Shown here: one piece after another, positions 11,282 to 21,111 of the stretch
Position numbering within the stretch: position 1 is the first letter of the stretch
Layout of the letters: each line of letters opens with the position of its first letter
Assembly (NCBI GenBank): GCA_963669175.1
Contig: OY769902.1
Location: 1,440,001-1,504,000 of the forward strand
DNA: 64,000 nucleotides
Direction: 5' to 3'
From: a bacterium
GTDB taxonomy: Bacteria > Electryoneota > Electryoneia > Electryoneales > Electryoneaceae
The notes under the pieces: model-generated
Told to the model about the DNA's origin: nothing
Seen by the model: only the letters and a program-made list of their open reading frames with translations
Database searches by the model: none
Made by a program: the position numbers and the translations under genes

Positions 11282-11959
11282 TTATTTCTTCTCGCCTGGC
11301 TTCTCCGTCACAATTCCCAAAGCAGCGCGAATACGTTTGCCACTGAAAGCCTCGTTATGCTCCAACCTTATGGTATACTTTGCGTCCAGTAGTCCGGGCG
11401 GAAGTGGTGGGGTATCCGGTTCGATGAAGACAAAGAAGTTCACACTTTCCAGTTTCGGTACATTCTTCCTGATAGCTGCTGTTTCATCCGACGTCAGCAG
11501 GTGGTAAAACTGTTGATACATATCCAGTGATACGGCAACAACGACACGTTTTTTCCGGTCATTTTTCAACCCGGAGGCAATCTTCTCAAGCGTTGTTTTT
11601 TCGTCCTGGCAGAGGATAGAATCTGTGAAACCGGCACGCGACAAATAGGATTGTATGTTTCGTGCGCGAAGTGTCTGTGAGTCATAGATCACGAAAAAGG
11701 CTTCACTTTTGGGCGGATCTTTTGCCTGGGCGCCGGATTTGAAGGCACGTTCACTGCGCTGGGTTCGTCTTCTCAGTTCTTCCTTCTGGGCATCGGAAGC
11801 TGATTGTGTGGTACGAGATGATGAACCGCCTGATGCGGGAGGTACGGCACCGCCCGCGCCCATGGAGTTGGCGACACGCTGTAAAATCGCAGGATCAATC
11901 TTCTTGCGAAGCGCTTCCAGTTCTTCCCGGCTGGGCTTTTTGCTATCGTCAGGCAGCAA
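11282..11959 (-). CDS. Hypothetical protein, possible degenerate receiver-like C-terminal domain
   Basis: 225-aa ORF with a low-complexity N-terminus and an alpha/beta C-terminal pattern (FFVIYDSQ...IQSYLSRAGF). Confidence 0.55.
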   Translation of the reverse strand: MLPDDSKKPSREELEALRKKIDPAILQRVANSMGAGGAVPPASGGSSSRTTQSASDAQKEELRRRTQRSERAFKSGAQAKDPPKSEAFFVIYDSQTLRARNIQSYLSRAGFTDSILCQDEKTTLEKIASGLKNDRKKRVVVAVSLDMYQQFYHLLTSDETAAIRKNVPKLESVNFFVFIEPDTPPLPPGLLDAKYTIRLEHNEAFSGKRIRAALGIVTEKPGEKK

Positions 11960-12124
11960 AAGAACCCCCTTTCCCGATAGTAATGAATGATCGCCTGAAA
12001 GCGGGCAGTGCTGTAAGCCTCTCGATCAGGTAGGTCAGGTCTTACCAGCGACAAAAACCGATAAACGATAGTGATCTTTCTATTTCATAATACAATGTGA
12101 ATGTGAAGCAACGCGAAGTCAACT

Positions 12125-13789
12125 CTAAAATGATGTATGTTTGTCCAATTGAAGCTCAGATCCATGTTCAACACCGATAAGGGAAAAGACGCCATTCTCC
12201 CGTGACAGGAAATGGAATCGGGCAGGCAGAGAGCAGTGTCCGGAAGATGACGTTTCAGCGATGACATCGAGAACCAGGTAGCTGGAAGCCGGGTCGGACA
12301 GGTCAATTGCGGAAAGATCAATAGTCAGGAAATCATCATCGCGGTCCGTCTGTACCGTTTTTTTCAAGACAGCCTTGCGGTCAAGATTCATGGCGATGAT
12401 TTCGCAGGTGTACAAGTCTATTTTATCACGCAGGTTACGTGGGATTGTGTTTCGTATCGTCAGCACGTTGTTATCGATAGAAACCGGGTCAAATGGGGAG
12501 ACTTGGCTGTACGCATAAACCAGGGTTTTATCCCGACGTTCGCGAAGAACTTTTTTTACATACGCTGCCGCTTCCGGTTCCGGATATTGAGCCGCGTCTA
12601 CCAGTGCGGAGATGTGGTCATCGGTCAAACCCGCCAGGATTTTCGCCGCCCAGTAATCATCTTCCGGTAAGGCTCGCCGAATGGGAACGTACTGGTATGT
12701 CTCCCGCCACTGTTCAGGATTATAAACTTCGGATTCAAACGATCCCACCGAGGGCCAGATCGTGAAATCCAGTCGCTCCCAGGGCTTTACGTACAAACCA
12801 AGTGTGATATAGTTGAGCGCCATCTGGTGATAGGAAAACGCATGTGCGTAACCATCCCACAGCCACTTGTGTTCTGCGGCATGTCCTCCGAACGCTTCCC
12901 CGAAATCCAGCATATAAGGGACTGTGTACCCGTCGCCCGGTTCACCGTGGTATATATCCAGTGAGTTGTCAATCCTGATGTCGGAATGGTTGGTGAAGGC
13001 GCAGAAAACGTGCAATGCACGCAGTACTCGGCGGTTCTCATGAGGGATAAAGTCGTTTGAATTTCCCTCACGAGTCCCTTTCTCTGCAACCGGGCCAAGG
13101 ATTTTTCCGGAAAGAAACATACTGAATGTAGCGCGATATTCCCCGTTCACAGGTGGCGCTACCCTGGACAGGACATCATTCACATCCGCTTCATTCAGGT
13201 CCGCCTTTGGATCACAGGACAACTCGCTTCGTTTGAAGAATACCTGGTAGTCTTCAGGCACGTTATAACCAAAGCCCCAGAACAGACGGTTTACAATGAA
13301 AGATGTTGTCGTCTGGATACCGTTAAATTCAGGTGGGTCAAATTTTACCAGGTATCGGATACCGCGTGCGTCATCGGCGAAGAACCCGGGATTGGTGCCG
13401 CCCTTCTTGGCGCGAACGACTGTATAAGGCGGTTGAGGCGCTCCGGTGACTTCGTTTTCGTGAACAAGTTGATCCGGAGAGAGATCTGTATAACCCAGTC
13501 GTGGCGTCCACCAGACTGTTTCAGGTACTTCATCCAGTGCATTGACATCCTGGCTCTGCGGCGTCCGTTCAGGATCAAGCGCAGCCAATGCGGGATTTCG
13601 GATCAGGTTGTTGAAATAATAGAAGGCCGGTTCATATTCACTTCCTTCAGGAAGTGGAGAAGGTTGATCATCATGCAATGAGGTAACCGGGGGGGCATCG
13701 GCAAAACGCGATGGGGTTGGTGCGCATCCAGCAAAGATCAGGAGCAGGATAAATAGTCCAGGGATTCTCCTTGTTATATGCTTATCCAT
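12125..13789 (-). CDS. Lipoprotein with atypical (HipA/PI3-4K-like) kinase motifs
   Basis: Lipobox IFAGC; KKGGTNPG loop, YLVKFD, SDIRIDN, LDFGEAFG. Confidence 0.6.
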   Translation of the reverse strand: MDKHITRRIPGLFILLLIFAGCAPTPSRFADAPPVTSLHDDQPSPLPEGSEYEPAFYYFNNLIRNPALAALDPERTPQSQDVNALDEVPETVWWTPRLGYTDLSPDQLVHENEVTGAPQPPYTVVRAKKGGTNPGFFADDARGIRYLVKFDPPEFNGIQTTTSFIVNRLFWGFGYNVPEDYQVFFKRSELSCDPKADLNEADVNDVLSRVAPPVNGEYRATFSMFLSGKILGPVAEKGTREGNSNDFIPHENRRVLRALHVFCAFTNHSDIRIDNSLDIYHGEPGDGYTVPYMLDFGEAFGGHAAEHKWLWDGYAHAFSYHQMALNYITLGLYVKPWERLDFTIWPSVGSFESEVYNPEQWRETYQYVPIRRALPEDDYWAAKILAGLTDDHISALVDAAQYPEPEAAAYVKKVLRERRDKTLVYAYSQVSPFDPVSIDNNVLTIRNTIPRNLRDKIDLYTCEIIAMNLDRKAVLKKTVQTDRDDDFLTIDLSAIDLSDPASSYLVLDVIAETSSSGHCSLPARFHFLSRENGVFSLIGVEHGSELQLDKHTSF

Positions 13790-13791
13790 GG

Positions 13792-15162
13792 CTATTTCCA
13801 ATCCGTACGGTTTTTCTCAAACAGGGGTGAACCGATACTCAAGGTCACCCTGAACCCCTCCGATCCGTTGGCGTAGGATACTCTTCCCATCTCGCTGCCG
13901 TTGATGTGAATCAGTATGCCTGTGCCCACTGCCCAGGGAACGTCATCACCAACATTGATTCCTTTTGGTTCATATCCGGCAAGCAAAACATCCGTAAAGA
14001 CGAATCCGGTCATAACGTGCGACAGGGGCCACTGGTATTCCAATGATGGAACCATGGTGTACTGTTCCACCTTCAGCAGATTTTTTGAGGATACACCTCG
14101 GAATGTGTAATGCCGGGCCATCTCGTAGAATGGAATAACGTACGTACTATGTTTATCCCAGTAAACGCCATTAAATGCGATTCGAGGGATCAGAAATCGA
14201 TCATGCAGCAACACCGGGATATACAAGGACACATCTGAACCAAAACGATAGAAATCCTCCACATCATTTTCCATGCCCTGGGAATAGCCGCCATACATCT
14301 CGATGGCGTATCCTTCAACCAATCCGTTCAGGTCACGTTGATATGTCTGCACGGCCAGTTCAGTATAGAGTTGCTTGCTCAATAAATCGGGATCAGCCAT
14401 GGACAGGATATCATCCGGGGTAAGGAAACCAATATCACCATCCAGGTAAACAGTGAATATTTCCCTCTCACGGTATTGGCCGGTAGCAAACACGCTGATT
14501 GTATTGGTTGCCTGAACACCAAAAACAATGGTTCCTTCACGTCTTCGCTGGCGGTAATTCAGGTTTCCTGGATCAATATTGTTCCAGCGCTTCAGGTTCC
14601 AGAAGTTCACCTGGAAATCATCATCCTCGGCATTCAGTGCGGTGATCGTTGTTTTGGTCGGTTTGCCAAAAAGGGCTTTCTTGACACTGAGCGATGCTTT
14701 GGTCTGGTAATGGTGCTCGGTGCTGTACCATCCGGACAAGGAAGCTCCGAACCATGTGCCACGATAAAACAACTTGGTGCCATACAAAGGTTTGAGGTCG
14801 CTGTCGAGATTTAAAACCGGATACCATCCCAGACGGCGTTCATACAGGTAAAGGATATCCTCAACCTTCTCAATAAAGCGCGGATCTGTTGCGATATAGG
14901 CGCCACGTCCGGCAGAATAAAGAAGTCCGCTCAAGGCGCTACGAGGCAGGAACAGGGCATAATCCAACGCTTTTCGTCCGGCGTCATCCTGGTGACGTTC
15001 CGGTGTGGAAATGCCGCGAACGCCGAGAGAGTCTTCCGGGCCACCGGATCGTCCGCCGGTAGAATCACCGGGAACAGGGTTCTCTTCTGCGAATAGAGGG
15101 ATAGACAGAATGAAGGACAATACGAGGATGCTACAGAGCTTGGTACAGGATTTCACCTGCAT
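13792..15162 (-). CDS. BamA/TamA (Omp85)-like outer-membrane beta-barrel protein lacking obvious POTRA domains
   Basis: Signal peptide; amphipathic strands; IPFYEM...TFRG loop-6-like motif; SLEYQWPL..GFVFTD..WAVGTGI. Confidence 0.65.
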   Translation of the reverse strand: MQVKSCTKLCSILVLSFILSIPLFAEENPVPGDSTGGRSGGPEDSLGVRGISTPERHQDDAGRKALDYALFLPRSALSGLLYSAGRGAYIATDPRFIEKVEDILYLYERRLGWYPVLNLDSDLKPLYGTKLFYRGTWFGASLSGWYSTEHHYQTKASLSVKKALFGKPTKTTITALNAEDDDFQVNFWNLKRWNNIDPGNLNYRQRRREGTIVFGVQATNTISVFATGQYREREIFTVYLDGDIGFLTPDDILSMADPDLLSKQLYTELAVQTYQRDLNGLVEGYAIEMYGGYSQGMENDVEDFYRFGSDVSLYIPVLLHDRFLIPRIAFNGVYWDKHSTYVIPFYEMARHYTFRGVSSKNLLKVEQYTMVPSLEYQWPLSHVMTGFVFTDVLLAGYEPKGINVGDDVPWAVGTGILIHINGSEMGRVSYANGSEGFRVTLSIGSPLFEKNRTDWK

Positions 15163-15312
15163 GCCTCCCTGATGAACAAGAACCCCCAGAAGATTTGCAA
15201 TATAGTATTATCTTCAGTGCCAATGCTAATGATCAATGTGTCATTGTTGGCAACCTGTGTCATAAAGAAATATCGCGGTTCTCGATTAAGTTATGTCAAA
15301 ATGAATTTACCT

Positions 15313-15502
15313 GGAAAAGGGGACGGGATCCTTTTCCTCGCTCTCACATGGAACATGCTGATCAAACTTGTGGAAAAGGAAACTGTACCCTTTTCCGCGT
15401 GATTTCAGCCTGCCCGCAAGAAAATGGGTACAGCCACCTTTCCCAATCCATATTCAGAGTGGGAAAGTTTTATCCCAGGGAAAGGAGGCAGTCCCCTTTT
15501 CC
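15313..15502 (+). repeat. ~190-bp four-motif palindromic element (REP quartet, family B), copy 1
   Basis: Motifs AAAAGGGGACGGGATCCTTTT, AAAAGGAAACTGTACCCTTTT, GGGTACAGCCACCTTT and AAAGGAGGCAGTCCCCTTTT; motif 1 pairs with 4, and 2 with 3. Confidence 0.85.
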
Positions 15503-15573
15503 CATCGCCTTTGTGTCCATCATACAGTGGAGCTTCCGCTGAACTACAGAAATACGGTTTATGGTTATAGCTG

Positions 15574-16035
15574 CTACTGTGAAAACATGGCTGGCAACAG
15601 GAGGCTTATAAAGAATACCGGCGCGGCAAGAAGAACCGTAGCCACACTTCCCACGAACACATAACTCCACCAGGCCTGCGACCTCTCACGGCTGGCAGAA
15701 TCCAACAGGGAAACAGCAACGATATATCCCCGAATGGCAGCGAACGCACCGCCAAGAATTCCATAACAGATTACAAACACCAGTATCCATATACCAAACA
15801 CGCCACTGTCATCGCGCGCCCACCGTATTAACACCCCCAATTGCGGCTGAATCAATCGCAACGCCAACCCGATAACAAACATGGCAATAGTAGAAGCAGT
15901 AAACAGTACGGCAGGACGTGAAGATTTTTCCTTAACCAGGATTTTCCTGGTGTAGAAAAGGTCCAGCGCTGTCTGTATCACCAGGGTCAACAGCAGCCAA
16001 CCGCCCAACAGTGGTATGGAAAGGTGGATGTCCAT
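15574..16035 (-). CDS. Hypothetical membrane protein (about 4 TM helices)
   Basis: Hydrophobic 153-aa ORF downstream of and co-oriented with the methyltransferase gene. Confidence 0.6.
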   Translation of the reverse strand: MDIHLSIPLLGGWLLLTLVIQTALDLFYTRKILVKEKSSRPAVLFTASTIAMFVIGLALRLIQPQLGVLIRWARDDSGVFGIWILVFVICYGILGGAFAAIRGYIVAVSLLDSASRERSQAWWSYVFVGSVATVLLAAPVFFISLLLPAMFSQ

Positions 16036-16071
16036 GAATCACGACTATATGCTTTCAAATTCTCAAACCAA

Positions 16072-17058
16072 TCAACACTTATGCAATTTCTCGCCCAGCA
16101 TCAGGATATGTTGATTATTGCTCCCGCAGCAGCCCCCGAAAATCTTCATCCAGGGATGAGAAATCACCACATCCAGCATGGCGTTGGTAAACTTGTCCGG
16201 ATCATCACCAAGCAGGCTGCTCGCATCGTTCAACTCCTCATGGGGAGCGTCGGAGGTATTCGCCTGCAAGCCAATGATTCTCGGAAGATGACTATCGTTT
16301 GGAGTGTCAGCCAGGTCCGGTTGAGGGATGAACAGGCTTTTCTCAAGCGCCGTATTAAAATTCCTCGGATGAACGCAGTTGCCCATATACCCATAGGGTG
16401 CAGGTGATACAGCATTGTCAATGGTATCGATAGCACGTTGCAACGGGGCGCCGTCAAAAAGAGAACCGGTAGGGCGAAGAACAAAACTGATGATGTAGGG
16501 GATGCCGGTTGATGCCATCGCCTGCGCGATTCCGATAGCCTCGGGAAGTGTCGGCAAGGTTGCGGCCATGAAATAGTCTACTCCGGCCGCCGCCAACGCC
16601 TGGATCTGCTCCGTATGGAACACCACCGCTTCATGGGTGGGAATACCGTCACGGGAATCATAGGCATCGCCTTTCGGGCCGGTCAGACCGCCGACCAGCA
16701 ATTTCTCACCGTAATTACCCGCATCGTTTTGCAGTTCACGCATGAAACTGATCGCGTCCAGGCTGTACTGCTTCACTTCCGGCAGACCGGCAGCGAAAAG
16801 GCGTGGTGGAGTGGCTCGCCAAGTCGGCGCAAGCAGTAGCATGGGCAAGCCTGCTTCACGTCCGGCATCGATATATCCGGTGTATAGTTCCTTCAAAAGG
16901 ATGCGTTGATCCGGATCATAGATGAACCCGGCATTCAGAACATGCGGGTCCAGGGGGAAGTCTGTTTCTCGCCGGATACGTTCGATAATCGCGCCTTCGG
17001 TCAGGAACAGATCGTGTTCCTGCAACAGGCGTGTGAAACGGTCAGAAATTACGGTCAT
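16072..17058 (-). CDS. Homocysteine S-methyltransferase family protein
   Basis: LFLTEGA, YIDAG, YMGNCVHP and IFGGCCGS (Zn-binding Cys residues). Confidence 0.9.
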   Translation of the reverse strand: MTVISDRFTRLLQEHDLFLTEGAIIERIRRETDFPLDPHVLNAGFIYDPDQRILLKELYTGYIDAGREAGLPMLLLAPTWRATPPRLFAAGLPEVKQYSLDAISFMRELQNDAGNYGEKLLVGGLTGPKGDAYDSRDGIPTHEAVVFHTEQIQALAAAGVDYFMAATLPTLPEAIGIAQAMASTGIPYIISFVLRPTGSLFDGAPLQRAIDTIDNAVSPAPYGYMGNCVHPRNFNTALEKSLFIPQPDLADTPNDSHLPRIIGLQANTSDAPHEELNDASSLLGDDPDKFTNAMLDVVISHPWMKIFGGCCGSNNQHILMLGEKLHKC

Positions 17059-17060
17059 GG

Positions 17061-18512
17061 CTAGCGCCTGATCATTTCATAAGCTGCCAGCGCACGTTCG
17101 CGGGCGTCATTATGATCAATAATCGGTTCAGGGTAGTCTTTTCCAAGCTTTAGATGAGCGCGTTCCAGGACCAATGCCGATGCAGTCCAGGGCGCGAAGA
17201 ACGCTTTTTTCGGCAGACGGTTCAGTTCGGGGCACCACTTCACGATGTAAACACCATCCGGATCGAATCGTTCTGCCTGTCGTGTCGGATTAAAGATTCG
17301 CCAGTAAGGTGCGGCATCGGCGCCACTGCCAGCAGCCCATTGCCAGTTCAGGGAATTGCTGGCAAGATCGGCATCAATGAGCGTTTCCCAGAAATACTTC
17401 GCACCTTCTTGCCAGGGGATCAGCAGATGTTTGGTCAGGAATGAGGCGACTACCATTCGCACACGGTTGTGCATCCAGCCTGTCGAGTTCAACTGGCGCA
17501 TGCCCGCATCAACCAGGGGATAGCCCGTTTGTCCCCTTTTCCACGCCTGGAGTTCCTTCTCATAATTGGATACCCAGGGGAAATCGGCATACTTCGGATT
17601 GAGTGGTTCTGTATCGGTATGTGGGAAATGATACAGCAAATGATACCCGAATTCTCGCCAGATAAGTTCACGGTAAAACCCGGCTGCTGCTTCGGGCAGG
17701 TCTGCCGGATGGGCACAGTTGAATTTCTCCATCAGGGCCTGTTGAATCATACGAAGGCTGATCTCGCCGTTGGCAAGATAAGACGAAAACCTTGATGTCA
17801 GATCAAGGTCCGGACGGTCACGTAATTCCGGGTATTCCTCGATTGCCTCATCCAGAAAGCCGCCCACTCTTTTCAGCGCATTCTTCTCACCCGGTTCCCA
17901 GAACGCATCCCAGTGATGTCCATCTGGAGGGGTGGCCGGCAGGTCTTCGAAATCATCCAGGGATAAGCTTTGAGGCCATGTCTCAGGCGTGGCCAGGTTC
18001 ACCGTTGCCGGTATGGGCGGAACCGGTTCCAACCGTTCAAGAACAGCATTGTAGAACGGTGTGAAGACTTTGAACGGGCTGCCGTCTTTTTTCGTACCCA
18101 TGTTCCACGGCTCAAACAGCAGGGTAGCGCCGTATTCACTACATGTGATTCCCCGGTCTTCCAGCGACTCTTTCAGATCCTGGTCCGCTTCTCTACCTGA
18201 AGGATCATACCTGCGGTTCAGGAACACCTGCCTGGCATCATGGTCATGGCACACATGCTCAAGCACTGTAGCCGGATCGCCTTTGAAGAGCAGCAGTTTC
18301 GATCCGGCTTTCCGGAGTTGGTCTTGTAATGAAAGCAGGGACTTGCGAAGCCACCAGCGCCGGGCCGTTCCCAACGGCCAGTCATCTCCAAAAGGATGCC
18401 AAATAAAAACCGGCAGCGCCGGCTGCCCGGTCTGGGCAGCCGCATGCAATGCCGGATTATCGATCAAACGTAAATCCTGCCGAAACAGGACGACTACGGG
18501 CGTGTCAGACAT
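17061..18512 (-). CDS. phrB: Deoxyribodipyrimidine photolyase (class I/III CPD photolyase)
   Basis: FRQDLRLIDNPAL, TSRFSSYL, WREF, GQTGYPLVDAGMRQL..TGWMHNRVRM, NWQWAAGSG. Confidence 0.93.
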   Translation of the reverse strand: MSDTPVVVLFRQDLRLIDNPALHAAAQTGQPALPVFIWHPFGDDWPLGTARRWWLRKSLLSLQDQLRKAGSKLLLFKGDPATVLEHVCHDHDARQVFLNRRYDPSGREADQDLKESLEDRGITCSEYGATLLFEPWNMGTKKDGSPFKVFTPFYNAVLERLEPVPPIPATVNLATPETWPQSLSLDDFEDLPATPPDGHHWDAFWEPGEKNALKRVGGFLDEAIEEYPELRDRPDLDLTSRFSSYLANGEISLRMIQQALMEKFNCAHPADLPEAAAGFYRELIWREFGYHLLYHFPHTDTEPLNPKYADFPWVSNYEKELQAWKRGQTGYPLVDAGMRQLNSTGWMHNRVRMVVASFLTKHLLIPWQEGAKYFWETLIDADLASNSLNWQWAAGSGADAAPYWRIFNPTRQAERFDPDGVYIVKWCPELNRLPKKAFFAPWTASALVLERAHLKLGKDYPEPIIDHNDARERALAAYEMIRR

Positions 18513-18522
18513 GCCCCCTCCG

Positions 18523-19851
18523 TTAATAGGGCAGGGGGTTCCTTCCAATGATGTTAAAGCGGTTCGGTTCTACTCGAATTTTGATTTCTTCGCCCGAACC
18601 CACCTGCAGGGAACCCTCATACCAGACTTCAAAACCTTCGATCTTCAATATATAGGTGCCCGGCATCAGGTCAAAAACAGTTGCCTGTCCCAATTCATCA
18701 ATATCGGGGATGCCGATCTCGGCTTTCTGTTTGCCGTCCAGATATATTTCACACATGCCTTCTTCCGACATAAACACGACCTTTGAAGGTCGGCTCGGCG
18801 GCGGCGGCGGTTCTTCCATGGTCAGCGTGCTGGAATTCTGCTCCTGATATGTGCTGGTGGAAGTTTCCGTGACGCTGACTCCCATGCCGGGAAGAGTGAC
18901 ACTCTGTCCGGCAAACTGCATGGTGACTTCTGGTGTGCTGTGCTCGATTTGCGTAGTCTGGGTAGTTGTTGTCTGTGCGCCACCGGCGTTCTGTGTCTGT
19001 GTTGGCGTTGACGGACGGGACTGAGTGGCCTGCTGTTGCATACCGGGGATCGGTACGGTTTCGATGATTTGCAGGCCGTCATCCCGATACGTTGCCCGCA
19101 CGATATAACCGCCGGGGATGTTGATATTCTCTTCGGCAACCACTTCAGAGCTGAACATACCCTTGATCTTGTGGATCTGGAGCAGGTGCTTGCCGTGGCC
19201 AACCTCACGGATGGCTTTCATGTCGTTTGAGGCTTCCAGAACCTCGCCGTCCAGCATGGCAGTGTAAGACATTCCGGAATAGATGTATTCCAGCCTGCCG
19301 GGAAGGTTCGGATTGCCGCTGATGCTGGGGCCGGAATTCTCCGCGGTGCCTGCCAGAAGTTTCGCCATCTCGGCAATCTGGGTCATCATCACTTCTTCGA
19401 TAGTACACTGACAGTCCTTGCTCTCGGCAATCATCAGTTCTGCGGTTTCCACGCTGAACATGCGGACAGTCAGGGTGTAAATGCTGCCGATCTTGCTGAT
19501 CGAGCCGGCAACGATCATGTTCACATTCAGCATGCGTCCGGCTTTAACCATGTCATCCTGGCTGGTAATACCGACCATGCCAAGGCCCTGTTCGGACAGA
19601 ATGGCGTCCATTCGGGCGCGTTCGACGACATTGAACTCACCTGTACGGAATAATTCCTGGCGCAAACGATCCGACAAAGCGCCCGCGATATCCTGTTCCA
19701 GGCCATATTTTGCTTCAAGGTCGAGTACTGCTACGGTCGGCTGCTGTGCCAGAACAGGCATGGCAACAAGCAGGAATGTTATCAGTGCCAGCAGTGCTTT
19801 GGACATACCACTCCCGGAGTTGCGAAAACGTGAGATCATGTTCTCCCCCAT
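18523..19851 (-). CDS. CsgG/HfaB-like domain secreted protein with Thr/Gln-rich linker and PEGA-like C-terminus
   Basis: PTVAVLDL...FNVVERARMDAILSEQ...AGRMLNVNMIVAGSI. Confidence 0.75.
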   Translation of the reverse strand: MGENMISRFRNSGSGMSKALLALITFLLVAMPVLAQQPTVAVLDLEAKYGLEQDIAGALSDRLRQELFRTGEFNVVERARMDAILSEQGLGMVGITSQDDMVKAGRMLNVNMIVAGSISKIGSIYTLTVRMFSVETAELMIAESKDCQCTIEEVMMTQIAEMAKLLAGTAENSGPSISGNPNLPGRLEYIYSGMSYTAMLDGEVLEASNDMKAIREVGHGKHLLQIHKIKGMFSSEVVAEENINIPGGYIVRATYRDDGLQIIETVPIPGMQQQATQSRPSTPTQTQNAGGAQTTTTQTTQIEHSTPEVTMQFAGQSVTLPGMGVSVTETSTSTYQEQNSSTLTMEEPPPPPSRPSKVVFMSEEGMCEIYLDGKQKAEIGIPDIDELGQATVFDLMPGTYILKIEGFEVWYEGSLQVGSGEEIKIRVEPNRFNIIGRNPLPY

Positions 19852-20098
19852 CCTGTAATCTCCTCACTAAAAAAACGTCCACCCAATCAGGTCACAAAGA
19901 TACATCTTCAGGTCAAGAAATAGAAGAGATAGAGGTCACATGTTTTTGTTTTATTCATGCTTACTCATTGTATGGGAGACAGCCTGTTTGTTGTAAAACT
20001 CTGATTATATAGCGATTCCCATTATTATTCCGTCATGTGGTCATGTGCCAGATCAGTGAAAGGTCAACCATATGGTTGGAATAAAGGATAAGGATATG

Positions 20099-20288
20099 GA
20101 AAAAGGGGACAGTTTCCTTTCCCTTGGGCAAAGCCTTCCCGCTGTGAGCAAGGACTGGGAAAGGTGGCTGTACCCTTTTTCTTGAGAGCAGGCAGGACGT
20201 ACACGGAAAAGGGTACAGTTTCCTTTTCCACAAGTTCGGCGAGAGTGTTTCATATGCGCGCGAGGAAAAGGATCCCGTCCCCTTTTCC
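20099..20288 (-). repeat. ~190-bp REP quartet (family B), copy 2, inverted relative to copy 1
   Basis: Its reverse complement aligns colinearly with 15313-15502; motifs are near-identical and spacers have diverged. Confidence 0.85.
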
Positions 20289-20415
20289 CGGCAATCTTTA
20301 TTATGTCGGAATAAAATCGAGAACAGCAATAGATCATTTGAGTACATCTATAGGTTCATCCTGCCGGGTGAATGCCACTATATTAGGGTACAACTTCGAA
20401 ACCTGAAGAGGAAAC

Positions 20416-21051
20416 ATGATATCCCGTTTAACTGTCGTCAGCGTGATAATCCTTTTTATTTCCGTCAGCGCGTATGCAGAGCCACGAACATTGCTTGGCG
20501 GTGACACACAAATCGAAAGTGGTGGGTATGGAGCGCCGGTAGTGATGTTCTCCATGTTCAATGAAGAGTTCGCGGTTATGATTGGCGCTGAAGGCGGGTG
20601 GATCATCAATCACCAGTTTGTTATCGGCGGTGGCGGGTATGGCTTGACAACCCTGCATGAGATCAGGCAGGAAACAGTTGATCAGAACGGCCAATCGGCA
20701 ACAGAAAAATACATCATCGATTTCGGATATGGTGGAATGTTGCTGTCCTATATCTACAGGCCGAATGATCTGGTCCATATTTATATTTCCGGAATGATTG
20801 CCGGTGGTGGTGTGAGTATCAGTCAGCAGCAACCGTCCGAGCTGGATGTGAGTACACTTCACAACGACCCCGTCTTCGTGCTTGATCCGAAAGTTCATTT
20901 CGAGCTGAATGTGACCCGGTGGTTTCGTGTTGGGGTCGGGGTCGGCTATCGTTGGGTAGGCGGATACAAAGAATACGAAGAAATAGAATTCAAGTCAGGC
21001 GAGTTGAAAAGCTGGCAATCAGCTATTACGCTGAAATTCGGTAGTTTCTAA
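20416..21051 (+). CDS. Small outer-membrane beta-barrel protein
   Basis: Signal peptide; GGYGAP, GGWIINH..IGGGGYG; C-terminal LKFGSF. Confidence 0.75.
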   Translation: MISRLTVVSVIILFISVSAYAEPRTLLGGDTQIESGGYGAPVVMFSMFNEEFAVMIGAEGGWIINHQFVIGGGGYGLTTLHEIRQETVDQNGQSATEKYIIDFGYGGMLLSYIYRPNDLVHIYISGMIAGGGVSISQQQPSELDVSTLHNDPVFVLDPKVHFELNVTRWFRVGVGVGYRWVGGYKEYEEIEFKSGELKSWQSAITLKFGSF

Positions 21052-21111
21052 TTGAAGTTGGAAAGTTGAAAAGTTTGAAAGTTCTAAAGTAATTGTTATT
21101 GAAGGCTGATC

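Noticed and set aside
15172-15670. Short ORFs over the family B element, with similar ORFs at 20033-20347
   Set aside because: Their similarity simply reflects the non-coding repeat; there are several conflicting frames and no RBS support.
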